Part shown: positions 63,170 through 64,000 of the stretch, piece after piece
Layout of the letters: each line of letters opens with the position of its first letter
Numbering within the stretch: position 1 is the stretch's first letter
Assembly: GCF_009914755.1 (NCBI RefSeq)
Contig: NC_060947.1
Strand: one strand, 5' to 3'
DNA length: 64,000 nt
Source of the DNA: the human T2T-CHM13v2.0 reference genome, Homo sapiens
The notes under the pieces: generated by a model
What the model was told of the DNA's origin: nothing
Databases searched by the model: none
Seen by the model: the letters and a program-made list of their open reading frames with translations, nothing else
Translations under genes and position numbers: made by a program

Positions 63170-63330
63170 GAGCCCTGGAGATGATCCAGTATCTAGTAAG
63201 ACTCGCTGACTGTACAGAACGGGAAACTGAGGACCAGTGAAGCTCAGGAATTTGCCAAAGCCTCTTGAAGCTGTAGAAGAGCAGAGAGCAGAGCCACATC
63301 CTATAGCTCCTGGGTTACTAGTCCCTCTAC
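63170..63330 (-). mobile_element. MIR
   Basis: ccctggagatgatccag...tacagaacgggaaactgaggaccag...aatttgccaaag. Confidence 0.6.
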
Positions 63331-64000
63331 TGTACCTTTCTTGGTTTGGTTTTGGCAACACAGCTGTTTGCCCGATACTTCATGGAGCAATATCACCTGT
63401 CCAGCCAGAAGGCAAGGATGCGGGTGACACTCACCTGTCCACTTCCCAAATGCAGGTCCGTTCTGCTGGAGACAAAACTCTCCCACACAGCAAACACTCA
63501 CTCAGCTTGTACTTTGTGCCAGGCCTTGGGCGGGGCACTGTGGAGGTGGAGCCATTGAGAGGTGAACGGAACTCAGTCCTTGCTCTGGAGGAGCTGCTGC
63601 CGGACCCTGGCAGCGCGATGGCCCAAGTGCCCCTCACCGCTTCTGGCACAGACCAAGATACACAGGACCGGCACCCCACCAGGTGTTGCAGCATAAATAT
63701 TTGTTGAAGTAGGGCTAGCGTGGGTGTGGGTGTGTGTGTTCAGATGCACCCAGCCATGATGCCTTGATTCTACAGCTCAGGTCACAGACAGATGCAATTC
63801 CCAGCAAAGGCAACTCTCTTGGTTGTAGAAAAACACAGTTCAAAGCCTGTGCTACCGAGGTTTGGATTTTCCTTCAGTGACTGCTCTTCTGCACTGTCTG
63901 AAGAATTAAGAGTGAAATCAAAGGTGACTCTGTTAGAACAGTGAACCCTTCTTGGGCACTTATTTTTGTGCCAAGCATTGCTCTAAATACTTCATGTGTA

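Overview
Repeat-dominated primate genomic DNA, human-like: it carries an AluY and a young L1PA-type 3' end, pointing to a catarrhine, probably hominoid, genome. It reads as intergenic or intronic sequence. I can see about 60 Alu/FLAM/FAM copies, about 16 MaLR/ERVL solo LTRs (MLT1, MST, MLT2), many old L1M, L2 and MIR fragments, several DNA-transposon MITEs (MER2, MER5, MER58), microsatellites and one U6 snRNA retropseudogene. I cannot support any protein-coding gene: the supplied ORFs are Alu, L1, LTR, L2 or low-complexity artefacts, or are unrecognisable. I could not identify the locus and found no convincing new biological system. The most unusual direct observations are: (i) a 67-bp, ~95%-identical dispersed duplication (59293 and 60540) flanked by micro-tandem duplications; (ii) a 53-bp mini-L1PA insertion with a perfect 15-bp target-site duplication; (iii) several multi-level nested insertions; (iv) a few strong splice-site pairs, including a 15-nt microexon-like cassette, that might belong to an unannotated or non-coding transcript. 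Repeat boundaries and subfamily calls were made by eye from recalled consensus sequences and are approximate.
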